Shown piece by piece: positions 1 to 11,459 of a stretch of 64,000 nucleotides of DNA. How positions within the stretch are numbered: the first letter of the stretch is position 1; each line of letters opens with the position of its first letter. The notes under the pieces were generated by a model. The model had not been told where the DNA came from. It was given only the letters and a program-made list of their open reading frames with translations, and did no database searches. The DNA comes from Nitrospira sp. (GTDB lineage Bacteria > Nitrospirota > Nitrospiria > Nitrospirales > Nitrospiraceae), in the NCBI GenBank assembly GCA_047150005.1, contig AP038806.1, positions 1,248,001-1,312,000 of the forward strand, given 5' to 3'. Position numbers and translations under genes: made by a program.

Positions 1-228
1 CTCGCCGGTCGAAAGCAGCATATCGAGCTCCCGTTCATCCGGCAGGGGAGTCATTTCGTGTGCGAGGCGCAACAAGCGATCCGTCTCGCCGCTCATGGCC
101 GATAACACCACGACGACCTGATGCCCGTCCTTACACGCCCGCTCGACATTATCCGCAACGCGCTGGATCCGCTCGACCGTACCGACAGAGGTTCCGCCGT
201 ATTTCTGAACGATCAAGGACATCGGCAT
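1..228 (-). CDS. lysC: Aspartate kinase, N-terminal part (runs off the window start)
   Basis: Not in the ORF track. Manual translation gives (MP)MSLIVQKYGGTSVGTVERIQRVA...VVVVLSAMSGETDRLL...ERELDMLLSTGE. The ATG at 228 overlaps the upstream TGA; alternative ATG at 222. Confidence 0.93.
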   Translation of the reverse strand, partial: MPMSLIVQKYGGTSVGTVERIQRVADNVERACKDGHQVVVVLSAMSGETDRLLRLAHEMTPLPDERELDMLLSTGE

Positions 229-1469
229 CAGGAGGGCTTGGCAAACAGTCGTACGACGAATTTCGTGGCATCCCGAGGCGCGAGGGTCGACGCCTGTGCA
301 TCCGCTTCGGTGAAACGCCGTGTGGCGCCTGCAGCCGGCTGTACTGAGCTATCCCGATACGTATAAAACCATTGTCCGTCGGCCAGTCCCCCCTGATGCA
401 CGCTGCCAGGGTCACAGAGGACCATGAGGCGGTATGGGCCCAATTGCGCCATCCCACGGAGAAGCGGCTGAACCAACTCCCGATCAATGTCTTCAATCCC
501 GGTCACTTTGGCTTTGACATCGGTGCCATAGACGACAGTATCCGGCAATTCGACATGCACATAGGCGAAATCTTTCCTTCTGAGTTCCTCCAGCGCAACC
601 GCGGCTCTCCCGGCCAAATCCGTCCCGGACAACCGCTCGGGATCCACCGCTTCAAGCCCCGCGAGCAGGCCGAGGCCTCGATGGACATCGCTCGAGGACA
701 CAACGACTCCGGAAACGTGAAACCGCTCAGTCAGGCTCGGCCACGCGACGGCTCGCCCTTCGCCCCACAGCCAGAGGCAATTGGCCGGCGCGAGACCTGC
801 TTCTCGACGTTCATCGTTCACCGGATGATCTCGCAAAATGGTTAAGGAGGCGTCCATGAGTTTTCGAAGCATGTCCGCTCCGTCTCCTGCGGGGAGTGCA
901 TCGCCGATGGGCTTCCCCACCAGAGACTGCGGATCGGTGCACATCGCCCTGAGCTTTCCGTTCACCCATACCATCAGGTGTCGATGTCCCGATCCTGGAT
1001 AAAACTGAATGATCTCAGACCCCAGCTGCTCATTGACTGCATCGATCAACTCCCGCGCCTCCGCACCTGTAATCAGGCCGGCCGTCGCGTCTTCCATAAT
1101 CACATGGGCGCCGAGCTTCTTGACCTCGGATGCCCCGCTCTTGACACCGGATTGCGGCTCAGGCTTGAGCGTGACCATGGTGCATCGATAGACCACGTCA
1201 TGTTCGCCGACGGTAACGCCGAGACTTGCCGCCTCCAGCGGGCCGGGACCTTGATAATATTTTCGCGGCTCATAGCCGAGGATGCAGGTACCGGTCAACC
1301 CGCTGCCGTGTCGGCTATTGTCCGGTGGGACCGTCAGAACCCCGAGTTCTCCGTTTTGTGCAAGGTGATCGAGGTGAGAGATTGAAGCAGCCTGAAGAGG
1401 GGTCTTGCCGCCCAGTTCAGTGCGAGGCTGATCCGCCATTCCATCCGCGTGCAGAATCACATACTTCAT
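228..1469 (-). CDS. apgM: ApgM-like cofactor-independent phosphoglycerate mutase family protein (family proposed as a homoserine kinase); some metal ligands altered
   Basis: MKYVILHADGMAD..LGGKTPLQAA, GPGPLEAASLGV, G.GHRHLMV, ANCLWLWGEG motifs; lies between thrC and lysC. Confidence 0.8.
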   Translation of the reverse strand: MKYVILHADGMADQPRTELGGKTPLQAASISHLDHLAQNGELGVLTVPPDNSRHGSGLTGTCILGYEPRKYYQGPGPLEAASLGVTVGEHDVVYRCTMVTLKPEPQSGVKSGASEVKKLGAHVIMEDATAGLITGAEARELIDAVNEQLGSEIIQFYPGSGHRHLMVWVNGKLRAMCTDPQSLVGKPIGDALPAGDGADMLRKLMDASLTILRDHPVNDERREAGLAPANCLWLWGEGRAVAWPSLTERFHVSGVVVSSSDVHRGLGLLAGLEAVDPERLSGTDLAGRAAVALEELRRKDFAYVHVELPDTVVYGTDVKAKVTGIEDIDRELVQPLLRGMAQLGPYRLMVLCDPGSVHQGGLADGQWFYTYRDSSVQPAAGATRRFTEADAQASTLAPRDATKFVVRLFAKPS

Positions 1470-1645
1470 TGAAACCATACCCACTTCGTTGATGACGTGC
1501 CCTTCCCCTTCGACGCGAGACCTCCCTGCACGGAGGCCCAGAACGGCATCCGGCCTCGTCGTGATGAGGCGGCGCCTATGTCGTTGTCGTCGAGGCGCAG
1601 CGGCTGATGCGGTCCGGAGGTCGGCAGATACTTCAGCATGATCGT

Positions 1646-2704
1646 CTAGACTTTGAGGAACCGAGCCACATCCTCCTTGTTCGCCTGGACAGTTTTCGGC
1701 TGCACCGACACACTGATAGCAGTATCGGCATCCTTCAAGCCGTGGCCGGTCAAGGTACAGACGACGGTGTCCCCCTCGCGGAGCGCACCCTGCCGGCTGA
1801 GCTTGATGACCCCGGCAACGGAGGCCGCCGAAGCCGGCTCACAGAACACGCCCTCCGTTCCGGCCACCATGGTATAGGCCTGGAGGATCTCTTCGTCCAA
1901 AACCGAGTCAATGGCTCCCGAGGAGTCCTTGATCACCCCCAAAGCGGCTTGCCAACTCGCGGGATTACCGATTCGGATGGCCGTCGCCACGGTCTGCGGG
2001 TTTTCAACGACACGGCCGAGTACCATCGGAGCCGCTCCCGCGGCCTGAAAGCCCATCATGCGCGGCGAGCGGGTCGTCTGGTTGGCTGCGCGGTATTCTT
2101 GATATCCCTTCCAATACGCGATGATGTTTCCGGCATTTCCTACCGGCAACACATGCAAAGTCGGGGCGTCACCCAATTGATCGCACACCTCCATGGCCGC
2201 CGTCTTCTGGCCTTCGATCCGATACGGATTGAGCGAGTTGACGAGCTCGATGTGATGCAACGCCGACACCTCTTTGACAATCGAGAGCGCCTGATCGAAA
2301 TTCCCGTCGATCTGAATCACCGTGGCCTGATGCATCATGGCTTGCGACAGTTTGCCCATCGCGATCTTCCCCGCAGGGATCAGAACAAAGACCGCCAGTC
2401 CTGCACGCGCGCCGTAGGCCGCCGCCGACGCAGACGTATTGCCGGTCGACGCACAGATGACCGCCTGCACGCCGTTCTCCAGCGCTTTGGAAATCGCCAT
2501 GGTCATGCCGCGATCCTTGAAGGATCCGGTCGGATTGGCCCCCTCGACTTTCAAGTAGAGATCGACGCCGGGCGCAATTTTTTTGGCGAGCTTGGCCGCC
2601 CGGATGAGAGGCGTGTTCCCCTCTCCTAAGGACACGACCGGCGTGTGTTCGCTCACGGGGAGGAACTTGCGGTATTCTTCGATCAACCCGTGCCAGGGAC
2701 TCAT
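1646..2704 (-). CDS. thrC: Threonine synthase
   Basis: [22 protein letters not shown] (PLP lysine), [24 protein letters not shown]. Confidence 0.96.
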   Translation of the reverse strand: MSPWHGLIEEYRKFLPVSEHTPVVSLGEGNTPLIRAAKLAKKIAPGVDLYLKVEGANPTGSFKDRGMTMAISKALENGVQAVICASTGNTSASAAAYGARAGLAVFVLIPAGKIAMGKLSQAMMHQATVIQIDGNFDQALSIVKEVSALHHIELVNSLNPYRIEGQKTAAMEVCDQLGDAPTLHVLPVGNAGNIIAYWKGYQEYRAANQTTRSPRMMGFQAAGAAPMVLGRVVENPQTVATAIRIGNPASWQAALGVIKDSSGAIDSVLDEEILQAYTMVAGTEGVFCEPASAASVAGVIKLSRQGALREGDTVVCTLTGHGLKDADTAISVSVQPKTVQANKEDVARFLKV

Positions 2705-2708
2705 GGCA

Positions 2709-4022
2709 TCACTCGTCCTTGCCCTCCACGCGCACCAGAGTGGTCGGCTCGGACATGAAGTTCATGCGGTTGATCTCTCGCAGCGCCATCTGGACGGCTC
2801 GCTCTTGTGCCGTGTGCGTCTTGATCACGATCGGCACCGTTTGTCCCGCTCGACGTCCCTTTTGCAACATGGACGAAATGCTGATTCCATAGCGGCCGAG
2901 TTCACCGGCTATTTGCGCCAACACACCGGGACGATCGAGCACCATGAATCGCAAATAGTACAGCGAGCTGATCTCATCCATCGGTCGCATGCGCAAGGGA
3001 CGCCGCTGGTCCTGCTGGAATGAGGCGGGCGGAACACGGCCGGCGCCGCCCTTCAGCAGATGGCGGGCGCTGGCAATGATGTCGCTCACCACGGCACTGC
3101 CCGCTGCCAGGTCGCCGGCCCCTCGACCGACAAGGACGACGTCCCCCACCGCATCGCCGACCACCTGAATCGCGTTGTAGACACCTTCGATCTTGGCCAA
3201 CGGGGAATCAGCCGAGAGCATCGTGGGGTGCACCCTTGCCTCCACCTCGCCGTCGACCAGCTTGGCGATACCCAACAATTTGATCGTGAATCCGAACTCC
3301 CGGGCATAGGCGATATCATGCGGCGTGATGTGCGTGATGCCCTCCGTATAGAGTTCCTTGAAGTTAATCGGAGAGCCGAAGGCCAAGTTTGCCAGGATCG
3401 CCAGCTTATGCGCCGAGTCTGTCCCCGCCACGTCGAACGTCGGATCGGCTTCTGCGTACCCCGCCCGCTGCGCTTCAGCCAGATTCTCTGCAAACCCCTG
3501 CCCTTCATTCGTCATGCGGGACAAAATGTAGTTGGATGTCCCGTTGATGATGCCGTAAATCGATTGAATCGCATTGGCCGCCAATCCTTCCGTCAAGGCA
3601 CGGATGACGGGAATCCCGCCGCCGACACTGGCTTCGAACCCGAGATCGACTCCCTTGCGGGCCGCGGCCGCAAACAACTCTTCGCCGTGAAGCGCGAGCA
3701 GCGCCTTATTGGCCGTGACGACATGCTTTCCGGCTTCGATCGCGTCCAGGAGGATTCGCTTGGCGAAGTCACAGCCGCCGATCAGTTCAACGACGATGTC
3801 GACATGGGGATCGGCCAAAACCTGCTTGGCATCGTTCACGAGGACACCCGGCGCCACATCGATCCCCCGGCTGCGCGTGATGTCGAGATCGGCGATCCGG
3901 ACGAGCTCAAGCGGAACCCCCACCCGTCGCCGGATGATCGCCGCATTGTCCAGCAAGATCCTGGCGACCCCAGACCCGACCGTACCGAACCCGACAATCC
4001 CAACCCCCACGCGCGATCTCAT
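2709..4022 (-). CDS. hom: Homoserine dehydrogenase with C-terminal ACT domain
   Basis: [56 protein letters not shown]. Confidence 0.96.
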   Translation of the reverse strand: MRSRVGVGIVGFGTVGSGVARILLDNAAIIRRRVGVPLELVRIADLDITRSRGIDVAPGVLVNDAKQVLADPHVDIVVELIGGCDFAKRILLDAIEAGKHVVTANKALLALHGEELFAAAARKGVDLGFEASVGGGIPVIRALTEGLAANAIQSIYGIINGTSNYILSRMTNEGQGFAENLAEAQRAGYAEADPTFDVAGTDSAHKLAILANLAFGSPINFKELYTEGITHITPHDIAYAREFGFTIKLLGIAKLVDGEVEARVHPTMLSADSPLAKIEGVYNAIQVVGDAVGDVVLVGRGAGDLAAGSAVVSDIIASARHLLKGGAGRVPPASFQQDQRRPLRMRPMDEISSLYYLRFMVLDRPGVLAQIAGELGRYGISISSMLQKGRRAGQTVPIVIKTHTAQERAVQMALREINRMNFMSEPTTLVRVEGKDE

Positions 4023-5215
4023 TCTTCCGTTCCCTCAAGCTTCAAGGCCTTGCGAACGCCCCTGACCGCTTGTCTCGTTCGATGCTCGTTCTCGACCAAG
4101 GCGAACCGAACATATTCGTCGCCGCCCTCGCCGAAGCCGATTCCCGGCGACACAGCGACTTTCGCCTCTCGTAAGAGCAGTTTGGAAAATTCCAGCGATC
4201 CCATATGGCGATACGGCAACGGAATCCTGGCCCAGACGAACATCGTCGCCCGTGGCTTGGCGACGTTCCAACCGATGCGATTTAAACCGCTCACCAGGAC
4301 ATCGCGCCGTTTCTGATAGCGCGACACCGTGTCCTTGACGCAATCCTGAGGCCCATTCAGCGCGATGACGCTGGCGATCTGTAGCGGCTGGAAGATCCCG
4401 TAGTCCAGGTAGCTCTTGATCTTGGCTAAGGCACCGACCACTTCGCTGTTACCGACACAAAACCCCACCCGCCATCCCGGCATGTTGTAGGCCTTGGATA
4501 GCGTATAGAACTCGACCCCGACGTCCTTGGCGCCTTGCACCTGAAGAAAGCTTGGAGCCTTGTACCCGTCGAACACCAGGTCGGCATAGGCGAGATCATG
4601 AATGACGATGACGTTGTGCTCCTTGGCAAAAGCCACGATTTTCTTGAAGAACTCCAGATCGGCGACGGCCGTGGTGGGATTGTGAGGAAAATTGATGACG
4701 AGAATTCTCGGCCGAGGAAATGTCTGCCGATAGACGCGCTGAAGATCGTCGAAAAAATCGCTGTCGGGCCGCAATTCAATCCCGCGGACTTCTCCACCCG
4801 CGATGATGAAGCTGTACATATGGATCGGATAGGTCGGCGTCGGGGTCAACACCACATCGCCGGGGCCAATTATGGCGAGAGACAAATGTGCCAACCCTTC
4901 TTTCGAGCCGATCGTGACGATCGCTTCCGTTTCTGGATCCAAGTCGACGTCGTAGTTGCGCCGATACCAGGCGGCGATGGCATGGCGCAGCTTGGTGATG
5001 CCGCGGGACGCGGAGTAGCGATGATTCCTTCCTTTCCGCGCCGCTTCGATCATCTTTTCGACGATGTGCGGAGGTGTCGGCTGATCCGGGTTGCCCATCC
5101 CGAAATCGATGATGTCTTCCCCGCGATGGCGAGCGTCCAGTTTCAGGCTCTGCACCTGGGCAAAGACATACGGAGGAAGCCGTTTCAACCGGTAGAAGTG
5201 ATCAGCTAATCCCAT
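4019..5215 (-). CDS. alaC: Class I/II PLP aminotransferase (AlaC/YfdZ-like alanine transaminase)
   Basis: [59 protein letters not shown]. Confidence 0.85.
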   Translation of the reverse strand: MGLADHFYRLKRLPPYVFAQVQSLKLDARHRGEDIIDFGMGNPDQPTPPHIVEKMIEAARKGRNHRYSASRGITKLRHAIAAWYRRNYDVDLDPETEAIVTIGSKEGLAHLSLAIIGPGDVVLTPTPTYPIHMYSFIIAGGEVRGIELRPDSDFFDDLQRVYRQTFPRPRILVINFPHNPTTAVADLEFFKKIVAFAKEHNVIVIHDLAYADLVFDGYKAPSFLQVQGAKDVGVEFYTLSKAYNMPGWRVGFCVGNSEVVGALAKIKSYLDYGIFQPLQIASVIALNGPQDCVKDTVSRYQKRRDVLVSGLNRIGWNVAKPRATMFVWARIPLPYRHMGSLEFSKLLLREAKVAVSPGIGFGEGGDEYVRFALVENEHRTRQAVRGVRKALKLEGTEE

Positions 5216-5291
5216 AACGCGAGATGTCGTCGTATTCGATGAGTGGATGCAGGCTCGGGACGGATACGCCCTCGTTAGCCGACGAGCGCGT

Positions 5292-5321
5292 ATTCTAATT
5301 GTGGCGGGGCAGCAGAGTCAA
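5292..5321 (-). promoter_or_regulatory. Putative sigma70 promoter of the alaC-hom-thrC operon
   Basis: TTGACT-N18-TAGAAT on the minus strand, about 75 nt upstream of alaC. Confidence 0.5.
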
Positions 5322-5499
5322 ATTGTCGCGTGTTTCTGTGGGGTTCGGCAAGACGACGTCGGGGACGCCGCGCATGTCACCGACGTGCTCCCCATTTCTT
5401 GCCCCGTTCCGAGGATTTCTGCTACAACAGCCGACGACTCTCCTACCCATATCCGACTTCGGCTCTTTTCGTCGATCTGGCTTCAAGATGGAGGTGGCA

Positions 5500-6213
5500 G
5501 TGCCTAGACTGGGTGTCAACATTGATCACATCGCGACTCTCCGTCAAGCGCGCGGCGGGCCGGACCCCGACCCGATCGCCGCCGCGGTGTTGGTGGAACT
5601 GGCAGGGGCGGACGGAATTGTCGTCCATCTTCGCGAGGATCGCCGTCACATTCAGGATCGTGACGTTCGGCTGCTTCGTGACATGATCCACACGAAGCTC
5701 GATCTTGAAATCGCCGCCGATGAAGACATGGCGAAGATCGCCCTGGGGATCAGGCCGGACATGGTCACGCTCGTTCCCGAGCGACGGCAGGAATTGACGA
5801 CCGAGGGCGGTCTTGATGCCGTCGGCCACAAGGATCGTCTCCATCAGATCGTGGACCTTCTGCACAATGGCGGCATTTCCGTCAGCCTGTTCGTCGAACC
5901 CGATCTCTCGCAAGTCAAGGCAGCCCATAAACTCTCGGTAGATTTCGTCGAGCTTCATACCGGGCGCTACGCCAATGCGCAACGGGCTAAGGAGGCCGAC
6001 GCCGCGGTAGAAGCCATCACCCAGTCGGCAAAATTGGCCTATAAGCTTGGCCTCGGCGTCAACGCAGGCCACGGTTTGAATTACCTGAACGTGAAGCGCC
6101 TGATGCACATCCCGGAGATCGTGGAATACAACATCGGCCACAGCATCATGGCCCGAGCGATGCTGGTCGGTCTCGATCGCGCGGTAAGGGAGATGAAGGC
6201 GCTCGTCGGTTGA
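5500..6213 (+). CDS. pdxJ: Pyridoxine 5'-phosphate synthase
   Basis: [61 protein letters not shown] start after GGAGGT. Confidence 0.96.
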   Translation: MPRLGVNIDHIATLRQARGGPDPDPIAAAVLVELAGADGIVVHLREDRRHIQDRDVRLLRDMIHTKLDLEIAADEDMAKIALGIRPDMVTLVPERRQELTTEGGLDAVGHKDRLHQIVDLLHNGGISVSLFVEPDLSQVKAAHKLSVDFVELHTGRYANAQRAKEADAAVEAITQSAKLAYKLGLGVNAGHGLNYLNVKRLMHIPEIVEYNIGHSIMARAMLVGLDRAVREMKALVG

Positions 6214-6279
6214 GCGCCGGGGAGCAGGAGGCGCTCATTCCCATCGTGCCGTTAGGATCATGATCAGGCGAGGTCTTCT

Positions 6280-7830
6280 ATGAAGGTTGTCACCGTCGCC
6301 CAGATGCAGGCGCTGGACCGCCGGACGATCGTCGAAGGCCGCATTCCAGGTATCGTGTTGATGGAACGCGCCGGCCAAGAGGTGGTGAAGCATCTGGAGG
6401 CACAATTCGGGTCTGGCCGTGCCAAGACAATCACGGTCGTCTGCGGAAAGGGAAACAACGGAGGGGACGGCCTGGTCGTCGCCCGGCTGCTGCACCGCCA
6501 TGGCGCCAAAGTCCATGCCCTGTTGCTGACGCCGGTTTCAGCGCTCACCCGTGATGCGGCCGTCATGTACCGACGGTTCATTCGGGCGGCCGGCAAGTCT
6601 TCGATCATTCCTTTTCGCGTCGAGGATCGAATCCGGAGTCTCCTGGCTGCCAGCGATCTGGTGATCGACGCCATCTTGGGCACCGGCCTGTCCACCGACG
6701 TGACAGGGACCTATCGAGAGGCCATCAACCTCTTGAACCAATGCGCTCGCACCGTGGTGGCCGTCGATATTCCCTCGGGAATCCACGCGGACAGCGGTTC
6801 AGCGCTCGGGGTGGCCGTGGACGCCTCCCTGACCGTCACCTTCGGCCTTCCCAAACTGGGCCTATACGTCGGCCAAGGGATCGATCATGCCGGAATCGTC
6901 CAGGTGGCCGATATCGGGATTCCTCCCTCCTTTGCCGCAGACATAGACAGTCACGTAACCCTGCTCGTCAAGGAAACCGTCCGGCAGAGTCTTCCTCGTC
7001 GGCGGGCCTCCTCGCACAAGGGTACTTTTGGTCATGCGGGCATCATCGCCGGCTCCGTGGGCAAGACCGGAGCCGCGGCGCTTGCCGCGCAGGCGGCGCT
7101 GCGGACTGGAGCAGGTTTGGTGACGGTTGCCGCACCGAGCAGCGTGAACGATGTGCTTGAGGCCAAGCTCCTTGAGGTCATGACGGTGCCGCTTCCGGAA
7201 ACCGAAGCGAGGACGCTCAGCCGGGACAGTCTTAACCTTCTCATCTCGTTCGTGCGATCGAAGACTGCAGTAGCCGTCGGCCCCGGCCTTTCGACTCAGA
7301 GCGAGACTGCCGAGTTGGTTCGGTCTCTCCTGAAACACCTGGACCTCCCCTCGGTCATGGATGCGGACGCACTCAGTTCGCTGGCTGGTCAGACCTCTCT
7401 CCTGGCGGATTGCACAGTCACTCCGATCCTCACTCCTCATCCAGGGGAAATGGCTCGGCTCGAATCAGGGGCGACCGCTCAGTCGATCAATGCCGATCGA
7501 ATCGGTACAGCCAGCCGATTTTCCCGCCAGGCGGGCGTGATTCTGGTCTTGAAAGGCGCCCGCTCCGTGATCGCTCGACCAGATGGGCTGGTCGCTATCT
7601 GTCCCACCGGAAATCCAGGAATGGCAACGGCAGGCACGGGCGATGTCCTGACTGGTATGACGGTCGGCCTCCTGGCGCAGGGACTGCCGCCATGGGAAGC
7701 CGCCTGCGCGGCGACATATATTCATGGGATGGCAGGCGATCTGGCCGCCCAGCGACTCGGGGAAGCGGGCATGCTGGCACGAGACGTGATTGAGCAGATT
7801 CCTTATGCCTTCCAAGCCATCTGTCTCTAA
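6280..7830 (+). CDS. nnr: Bifunctional NAD(P)H-hydrate epimerase/dehydratase
   Basis: LMERAG, CGKGNNGGDG, DAILGTG, VDIPSG, HKGTFG, TPHPGEMARL, MATAGTGDVL. Confidence 0.95.
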   Translation: MKVVTVAQMQALDRRTIVEGRIPGIVLMERAGQEVVKHLEAQFGSGRAKTITVVCGKGNNGGDGLVVARLLHRHGAKVHALLLTPVSALTRDAAVMYRRFIRAAGKSSIIPFRVEDRIRSLLAASDLVIDAILGTGLSTDVTGTYREAINLLNQCARTVVAVDIPSGIHADSGSALGVAVDASLTVTFGLPKLGLYVGQGIDHAGIVQVADIGIPPSFAADIDSHVTLLVKETVRQSLPRRRASSHKGTFGHAGIIAGSVGKTGAAALAAQAALRTGAGLVTVAAPSSVNDVLEAKLLEVMTVPLPETEARTLSRDSLNLLISFVRSKTAVAVGPGLSTQSETAELVRSLLKHLDLPSVMDADALSSLAGQTSLLADCTVTPILTPHPGEMARLESGATAQSINADRIGTASRFSRQAGVILVLKGARSVIARPDGLVAICPTGNPGMATAGTGDVLTGMTVGLLAQGLPPWEAACAATYIHGMAGDLAAQRLGEAGMLARDVIEQIPYAFQAICL

Positions 7831-7876
7831 CAGCAAGTCTGCCGGAGTGTCGCGACCCATCCGGCGACGTGCCGCC

Positions 7877-8398
7877 ATGGTGCGGTCGAAGTCGACGTGG
7901 GACATGACTTCTCGGTCGGCCGGCGAAACGGACCGGCTCGGTCAAGCCTTGGGTCACACGTTGCGCGGCGGAGAATTTTTTGCTCTTATCGGAACGTTGG
8001 GGGCGGGGAAAACAACGTTGATACGGGGAATTGCGAGGGGTTTGAATGCCTGTCCGTCGTCCGTGAGCAGCCCCACGTTCGTCCTTGCTCATGAGTATCG
8101 CGGGAGACTCCTCTTGGTGCATGCGGACCTGTACCGGATCCGGTCGCCTCAAGAACCCGAATCCATAGGACTGGCGGAGTATCTTTCAGGGTCTACCGTT
8201 GCTGCCGTCGAATGGGCGGACAGGTCGCCCAGCTGGTGGCCGGACGACCGCCTTGAAATTGAGTTGCGCCATCTGACCATTGGGAGTAGAACGATTCGAC
8301 TGGCGGCCCAAGGACCGGTTTCGACCGGACTGCTGGCGCGGGCAAAGAAGAGATTCTCCCAACTCGTAGCCGCCCGCAGGAAGGTATCGCCGGCATGA
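7877..8398 (+). CDS. tsaE: tRNA threonylcarbamoyladenosine biosynthesis ATPase
   Basis: GTLGAGKTT, VSSPTF, HADLYR, VEWA; start codon uncertain. Confidence 0.92.
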   Translation: MVRSKSTWDMTSRSAGETDRLGQALGHTLRGGEFFALIGTLGAGKTTLIRGIARGLNACPSSVSSPTFVLAHEYRGRLLLVHADLYRIRSPQEPESIGLAEYLSGSTVAAVEWADRSPSWWPDDRLEIELRHLTIGSRTIRLAAQGPVSTGLLARAKKRFSQLVAARRKVSPA

Positions 8399-8724
8399 TT
8401 CGACTCATTCTCGTAGGAACCCTTTTCCTTTTGTGCTTGGCTTTCTTCCTGCAGAATCAGGAACAAGAAGTCACGCTTCGCTATTTTTTTGGGCTCTTTT
8501 CCGCTTCCACGCCGATTTATAAGCCGATTCTGGCCGGGTTCGCCGTCGGGCTGCTGGTTTCAGGAATCCTCTTGTTCCCGCCCTGGGTCCGGGGTCGCAT
8601 CGAACTCCGCCGGAAGACCAAGGCATTGCAGGAAGCGGAGGTAGACCTCGAACGGTTGCGGAACTCCTTGGAGAAGTTGACGGCGAAAACGTCGTCCACA
8701 GCGGCAGGAGACTCTTCACTTTGA
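8395..8724 (+). CDS. LapA/DUF1049-family small membrane protein
   Basis: Two hydrophobic segments, FFLQN..EVTLRYF motif, C-terminal coiled coil. Confidence 0.7.
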   Translation: MIRLILVGTLFLLCLAFFLQNQEQEVTLRYFFGLFSASTPIYKPILAGFAVGLLVSGILLFPPWVRGRIELRRKTKALQEAEVDLERLRNSLEKLTAKTSSTAAGDSSL

Positions 8725-8734
8725 GCGCAAACCG

Positions 8735-11383
8735 ATGAGTGACGCCGATGTCACGCCGCTCATGCGGCAATACCACGAGATCAAGCGCGGCTATCCCGGG
8801 GCGATTCTCTTTTTTCGCGTCGGCGACTTCTATGAAATGTTCGGTGAGGATGCTAAAGAAGCCTCCGTCCTGCTGAGCATTGCGCTCACCTCCCGCGACA
8901 AGTCCAGTTCAGACCCGATCCCGCTCTGCGGAGTACCTCATCACGCAGCGCAAACCTACATCGCCAAACTCTTGAAAGTCGGTCGCACGGTCGCCCTGTG
9001 CGAACAAGTCGAAGACCCGCGATTGGCCAAAGGACTGGTCCGCCGCGAGGTCGTGCGCCTGTACACCCCCGGCACCCTCGTCGATACGGAATTTCTTCCG
9101 GCTGGCGAATCCAGCTTCCTGGCAGCCGTCTTTTGCTCGCCGCAGAGCGGAACGAAGAATGGACCGTCCATCGGCCTGGCCAATCTCGATGTGTCGACTG
9201 GCGAGTTTTGGGTGACGGAATTTCAGGGTGATCATGGGACCGTCGAATCCATCTTGATCGATGAGCTGGTGAGAATTGAACCGAAAGAATTACTCTACCC
9301 CGAATCGAATCAGTCTCTCGTGCCGCTATTGTCCCGTCTCAACGATACAAGGTTATGCGCCCAACCCCGCGCTGCCTTTTCCGAGCAGGAGGCGACGACA
9401 CTTTTACAGGCCCACTTCGGCGTACACTCGCTCGACGGATTCGGCTGCAGCGGCCTCACGGTCGGTCTCGCAGCTTCCGGCGCCGTGTGGCGATATTTCC
9501 GAGAGACCCAGCCAATGGCTTCTCTCGCTCATATCCGACGCCTGCAACGGCGATGGCACAAAGAGTCCATGCATTTGGACGAAACCACGATCCGCAATCT
9601 TGAACTCGTCCGCTCGCTGACCGGAGGAGAGGGGCGGACAGGCTCCCGCCAGGCGACGGTGCTGTCGACGCTGGACCGGACATCCACGTCCATGGGCAGT
9701 CGGCTGTTGAGAGAATGGCTGGTTCGTCCGCTTCTCGATCGCCAAACCATCCAAGCCCGTTTGGACGCAGTCGGTGAATTGAAGCGCTGTCTCTCTCAGC
9801 GGGTTGCGCTCAGATCGGCCCTGCGGACGGTCCAGGACCTGGCCCGTTTGAGTAGCCGCATCACACTGGGTCTGGCCGGGCCTCAGGAATGCCTTGCGCT
9901 GAAGCACTCGCTTCGTGCCCTTCCCGAGCTGCGATCCAATCTTGATGCGTTCACAACGAGCCTGCTCGTGGATATCCGAAACAACTGGGACGATTGTCGA
10001 GACGTTCATGATGTGATCGAGCGCGCGATCGCTCCCGACGCTCCAATGTCCGCTCGAGACGGCAGCGTGATCCGTGAAGGGTTTCACCCTCACGTCGATG
10101 CGCTCAAGAAACGGAGACACGAGGGGAAAGACTGGATCACCGCCTTGGAAAGCCGGGAACGCGCGCGAACCGGCATTGACTCCCTGAAGGTCCGGTTCAA
10201 CCAGGTATTCGGTTATTACATTGAAGTGACGAAGGCCAACCTTTCGAAGGTGCCGGCCGACTACATCAGAAAGCAGACCCTGGCCAATGCCGAACGCTAC
10301 ATGACCCCGGAGTTGAAAGACTTGGAGGAACAGGTCACAGGAGCGGAATCACAGCTTCATGCGTTGGAGGAAGAGCTGTTTGTGCAAGTGAGGGAACAGA
10401 TCGCCAAGGAACTCCCGCGTTTACAATCGATGGCTCAAGCCCTGTCTCGCCTCGACGTGCTTGCAGGATTAGCGGAAACCGCCGCTTTGCACCGGTACGT
10501 CCAACCGACCATCGATGACGCCGACGAAATCAGGATTGTGGAGGGTCGCCATCCCGTCGTCGAGCAGTTGAGCACGGACCTACCGTTTGTTCCGAACGAT
10601 ACCCTTCTCGACGGCGAATCCCATCGGGTCATTCTTCTTACCGGCCCCAACATGGCAGGAAAGAGCACGTATTTGCGCCAGGTCGCTCTCATCGTCCTAC
10701 TCGCCCAGATCGGCAGTTTCGTGCCGGCCGCAGAAGCCCGCATCGGGTTGGTCGATCGTATCTTTACCCGTGTCGGGGCCTCGGACAACCTGGCTGCAGG
10801 CCAGAGCACGTTCATGGTCGAAATGATCGAGAGCGCGCAGATCCTCAATTCCGCCACTCAAAAGAGTTTAATCCTGCTCGACGAGATCGGGCGGGGCACC
10901 AGCACCTATGACGGACTGAGCATCGCCTGGGCCATGACAGAATATATCCATGACCGCCGATTCCTAGGGGCCCGAACCCTCTTTGCAACGCATTATCATG
11001 AGATGACTCAGATGGAAACCCTCCGGGAAGGTATCCGCAATTATCGGGTGGCAGTTCAGGAGCGGAACGGAGACATCTTGTTTCTCCGGAAGATCCAGCC
11101 GGGCGGGGCCGATAAGAGTTATGGCATCCATGTCGCCAAGCTGGCCGGACTTCCCGCCTCTGTCATTACTCGTGCACAGGAAGTGTTGACGAAATTAGAA
11201 GAACCCGGCTCTCGGACAGAGGGAGTTCAAATGAATGGGAGGCAGTCCGAAATCGCCACATCGGATCCCCAGCCACATCCGCTCATCGAAGAGGTCAGAC
11301 AGATCGATCTCTTCTCGTTGACCCCGCTTGATGCGTTGAATCGCCTCGCCGATCTCCAAAAACGCGCAACCGATTCCCGCTAA
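8735..11383 (+). CDS. mutS: DNA mismatch repair protein MutS
   Basis: TPLMRQY, FFRVGDFYEMF, TGPNMAGKST, STFMVEM, DEIGRGTST, ATHYHE, SYGIHVA. Confidence 0.97.
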   Translation: MSDADVTPLMRQYHEIKRGYPGAILFFRVGDFYEMFGEDAKEASVLLSIALTSRDKSSSDPIPLCGVPHHAAQTYIAKLLKVGRTVALCEQVEDPRLAKGLVRREVVRLYTPGTLVDTEFLPAGESSFLAAVFCSPQSGTKNGPSIGLANLDVSTGEFWVTEFQGDHGTVESILIDELVRIEPKELLYPESNQSLVPLLSRLNDTRLCAQPRAAFSEQEATTLLQAHFGVHSLDGFGCSGLTVGLAASGAVWRYFRETQPMASLAHIRRLQRRWHKESMHLDETTIRNLELVRSLTGGEGRTGSRQATVLSTLDRTSTSMGSRLLREWLVRPLLDRQTIQARLDAVGELKRCLSQRVALRSALRTVQDLARLSSRITLGLAGPQECLALKHSLRALPELRSNLDAFTTSLLVDIRNNWDDCRDVHDVIERAIAPDAPMSARDGSVIREGFHPHVDALKKRRHEGKDWITALESRERARTGIDSLKVRFNQVFGYYIEVTKANLSKVPADYIRKQTLANAERYMTPELKDLEEQVTGAESQLHALEEELFVQVREQIAKELPRLQSMAQALSRLDVLAGLAETAALHRYVQPTIDDADEIRIVEGRHPVVEQLSTDLPFVPNDTLLDGESHRVILLTGPNMAGKSTYLRQVALIVLLAQIGSFVPAAEARIGLVDRIFTRVGASDNLAAGQSTFMVEMIESAQILNSATQKSLILLDEIGRGTSTYDGLSIAWAMTEYIHDRRFLGARTLFATHYHEMTQMETLREGIRNYRVAVQERNGDILFLRKIQPGGADKSYGIHVAKLAGLPASVITRAQEVLTKLEEPGSRTEGVQMNGRQSEIATSDPQPHPLIEEVRQIDLFSLTPLDALNRLADLQKRATDSR

Positions 11384-11399
11384 CACTATCACCCAAAGC

Positions 11400-11439
11400 A
11401 AGAGGGCGGTAGTTCCTTTCCGGAACTACCGCCCTCTTT
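11400..11439. terminator. Hairpin, probable bidirectional terminator between convergent genes
   Basis: Perfect 17-bp stem AAGAGGGCGGTAGTTCC-tttcc-GGAACTACCGCCCTCTT. Confidence 0.8.
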
Positions 11440-11459
11440 AGTCAACCAAAACCAATTGC

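Noticed and set aside
1485..1645. thrC-apgM spacer as a possible riboswitch or leader
   Set aside because: Only short GC-rich hairpins; no recognisable T-box, lysine or SAM motifs
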